Source: Clostridia bacterium
GTDB lineage: Bacteria; Bacillota; Clostridia; Monoglobales; Monoglobaceae
Direction: 5' to 3'
NCBI GenBank assembly: GCA_017620615.1
Contig: JAGAUW010000012.1
Location: 30,221-94,220 of the forward strand
Length of the DNA: 64,000 nucleotides
Of the stretch, positions 62,476 through 64,000 are shown piece after piece. Positions within the stretch are counted from its first letter, which is position 1. The number at the start of each line of letters is the position of its first letter. The notes beneath the pieces were generated by a model. It was not told the DNA's origin. It saw only the letters and a program-made list of their open reading frames with translations, and did no database searches. The translations under genes were made by a program, and so were the position numbers.

Positions 62476-63702
62476 ATGGCAGGTAAGAGAAGATTAGATA
62501 AAAATAGAGTAACATTGAGAAAAGGTGAATCTTATCGTAGTGATGGTAGATACTCTTTTCGTTGGTGTACTCGTGATGGGAAAAGGCATTATATTTATGC
62601 TAAAACACTTGATGAGTTAAGACGCAAGGAAATGGAACTGACTGTTGACCAGTTTGACGGCATTCGCACAGACAAGCAGCACACAACAGTTAATGATGTG
62701 TTTGAACTCTGGTGTGAATTAAAGAGGGGGTTAAAAGATAATACCTTTCAAAATTATAAATATATGTACAATAATTTTGTTAGGAACAGTTTTGGTAAGT
62801 TAAGAGTTTCAAATGTTAAGAAGTCAGATGTTAAAAAGTTCTATAATACTTTGGCAGATGAGAAGATATTGCAAATTTCAACCATAGATACAGTACATAA
62901 CATACTGCATCAGGTTTTTGCACTTGCAGTTGATGACAATTACATTCGCCAGAACCCGACGGATGAAATGCTAAAAGAGTTAAAGAAATCTCATGGTTTT
63001 CAAGTAACAAAGAGAAAGGCGCTAACAGTTCCAGAACAGGAACTATTCATACAGTTTTTGAAAACAAATGCTAAGTACAAGCATTGGTATCCTGTGTTTG
63101 CCACGATGCTTGGAACAGGAATGCGTGTAGGAGAGATAACAGGACTCCGTTGGTGTGATTTGGACTTTAAGGAAAATCTGATACATGTTAATCACACATT
63201 GGTATATTATAACAAGGGTGACAACAACGGTTGTTCCTTTGCAATTAACTCAACAAAAACTCCAGCAAGTTTTCGTACTATACCAATGTTGGCATCTGTT
63301 AAAGAAGCCTTTCTTATGGAGAAGGCTTATCAGGAAGAAGTCGGGTTATCATGTAGTGCAAAGGTTGATGGTTACACCAACTTCATATTTATCAATCGTT
63401 TCGGGAACACTCAACATCAAGGAACATTGAACAAGGCTATCAGAAGAATTATCAGAGATTGCAATGATGCGGTATTATTAAAGGCGACGGATGACAATCC
63501 CGTACTTTTGCCTCCATTCAGTTGCCACTCACTAAGACATACATTCACTACTCGCTTGTGCGAAGAAGGTGTAAATGTCAAGGTTATTCAGGACGTATTG
63601 GGGCATGCTGATTTTAACACAACAATGGACATCTACACAGACGTCACAAATGACCTCAAGCAGAAGGAGTTTAGTGCTTTGGATGTCAAGATGGTGCAGT
63701 AA
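62476..63702 (+). CDS. int: Tyrosine-type site-specific integrase (Tn916 Int-like)
   Basis: 408 aa. N-terminal arm-binding region (RKGESYRSDGRYSFRW), catalytic ...TGMRVGEI...HSLRHTF...LGHADFNTTMDIYTDV. Confidence 0.92.
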   Translation: MAGKRRLDKNRVTLRKGESYRSDGRYSFRWCTRDGKRHYIYAKTLDELRRKEMELTVDQFDGIRTDKQHTTVNDVFELWCELKRGLKDNTFQNYKYMYNNFVRNSFGKLRVSNVKKSDVKKFYNTLADEKILQISTIDTVHNILHQVFALAVDDNYIRQNPTDEMLKELKKSHGFQVTKRKALTVPEQELFIQFLKTNAKYKHWYPVFATMLGTGMRVGEITGLRWCDLDFKENLIHVNHTLVYYNKGDNNGCSFAINSTKTPASFRTIPMLASVKEAFLMEKAYQEEVGLSCSAKVDGYTNFIFINRFGNTQHQGTLNKAIRRIIRDCNDAVLLKATDDNPVLLPPFSCHSLRHTFTTRLCEEGVNVKVIQDVLGHADFNTTMDIYTDVTNDLKQKEFSALDVKMVQ

Positions 63703-63713
63703 TAAAGAGTTAC

Positions 63714-63741
63714 GACACCACTGACACCAATTTCTACACCA
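63714..63741. repeat. Three direct (G/T)ACACCA repeats just after int
   Basis: GACACCA 63714, GACACCA 63723, TACACCA 63735. Confidence 0.6.
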
Positions 63742-63755
63742 TTTCTCCTATGATG

Positions 63756-63844
63756 TATGTAGAGTTATGTAGGGTTATGTAAAAATCAAAATTTGCATAA
63801 CTCTTGACATAAAGGCTTATGTAGAGTTATAATAACTTATGTAA
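63756..63844. repeat. Five copies of TTATGTA(G/A) between int and attR (second class of arm-type sites)
   Basis: Copies at 63756, 63765, 63775, 63817 and 63837. Confidence 0.55.
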
Positions 63845-63861
63845 TTATTGGGACCCAAATC

Positions 63862-63888
63862 CCTACAATGAAGCCGCTTGATAAATAA
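63862..63888. repeat. attR: second copy of the lysS 3' end
   Basis: See attL. Lies ~160 nt downstream of the integrase gene. Confidence 0.8.
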
Positions 63889-64000
63889 GAATCTTACAAA
63901 TGGCTTAAACACTGGGGTTGTGGCTTTTTGAAAAGTAAATTTACTACGCCACTACGCCATTACTACGCCAATTTGTGCAGAGGTACGAAAAAAGCAATTA

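Larger units (their letters stand above)
43348..63876. mobile_element. ~20.5 kb integrative genomic island (Tn916-type Int/Xis; no conjugation or relaxase genes seen) inserted in the lysS 3' end
   Basis: Bounded by att repeats. int/xis sit at the right end, with arm-type repeats next to both ends. Cargo is R-M, methyltransferase, HNH and regulator genes. Several stretches are visibly more A+T-rich than the flanks (not computed). Confidence 0.8.

Noticed and set aside
1-64000. CRISPR arrays, rRNA genes, retron/RT genes
   Set aside because: No regularly spaced direct repeats of 25-40 nt were seen. There is no rRNA-like sequence and no reverse-transcriptase motif in any ORF translation.

Overview
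This looks like a chromosomal segment of a Clostridia-class Firmicute. That assignment is an inference from gene content: SleC-like cortex-lytic genes, Gram-positive style promoters and RBSs, PTS and ECF genes. All calls come from reading translations, motifs and repeats by eye; no searches or folding programs were run.

Positions 1-43.3 kb are core genome. They contain:
- a capA-like gene interrupted by an in-frame amber codon;
- a frameshifted IS30-family element sitting in front of, or inside, a beta-helix protein gene;
- tRNA-Gln and tRNA-Leu, then tspO;
- a PTS operon (ptsI-EIIA-EIICB), a P-type cation ATPase and a radical-SAM activase-like gene;
- a marR/acyl-CoA-ligase pair, tRNA-Ala and rpmE;
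- a complete nine-gene aromatic amino-acid supraoperon (aroF-tyrA-aroB-aroA-aroC-pheA-aroK-aroQ-aroE), preceded by a leader with a Phe/Tyr-rich ORF and an intrinsic terminator;
- SleC-like peptidoglycan-binding genes and trmB;
- infC-rpmI-rplT with an L20-type leader;
- dprA-topA, an ftsEX/M23/S41 peptidase cluster, greA and lysS.

Positions ~43.35-63.88 kb are a ~20.5 kb integrative island inserted in the 3' end of lysS. A 27-nt att duplication re-encodes the same PTMKPLDK C-terminus. The island carries:
- Tn916-type xis/int and a small serine recombinase;
- XRE and RHH regulators;
- an orphan beta-class DNA methyltransferase operon;
- an HNH-nuclease operon with duplicated Zn-ribbon and 'EYLGY' genes;
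- a type I R-M operon with four extra small genes.

Three of those extra genes sit between hsdS and hsdR: a Zn-ribbon protein, a Zn-ribbon plus DUF4145-like protein, and a single-TM coiled-coil protein. This cassette is my top candidate for an undescribed defence module.

I saw no CRISPR array, rRNA gene, relaxase or conjugation genes.
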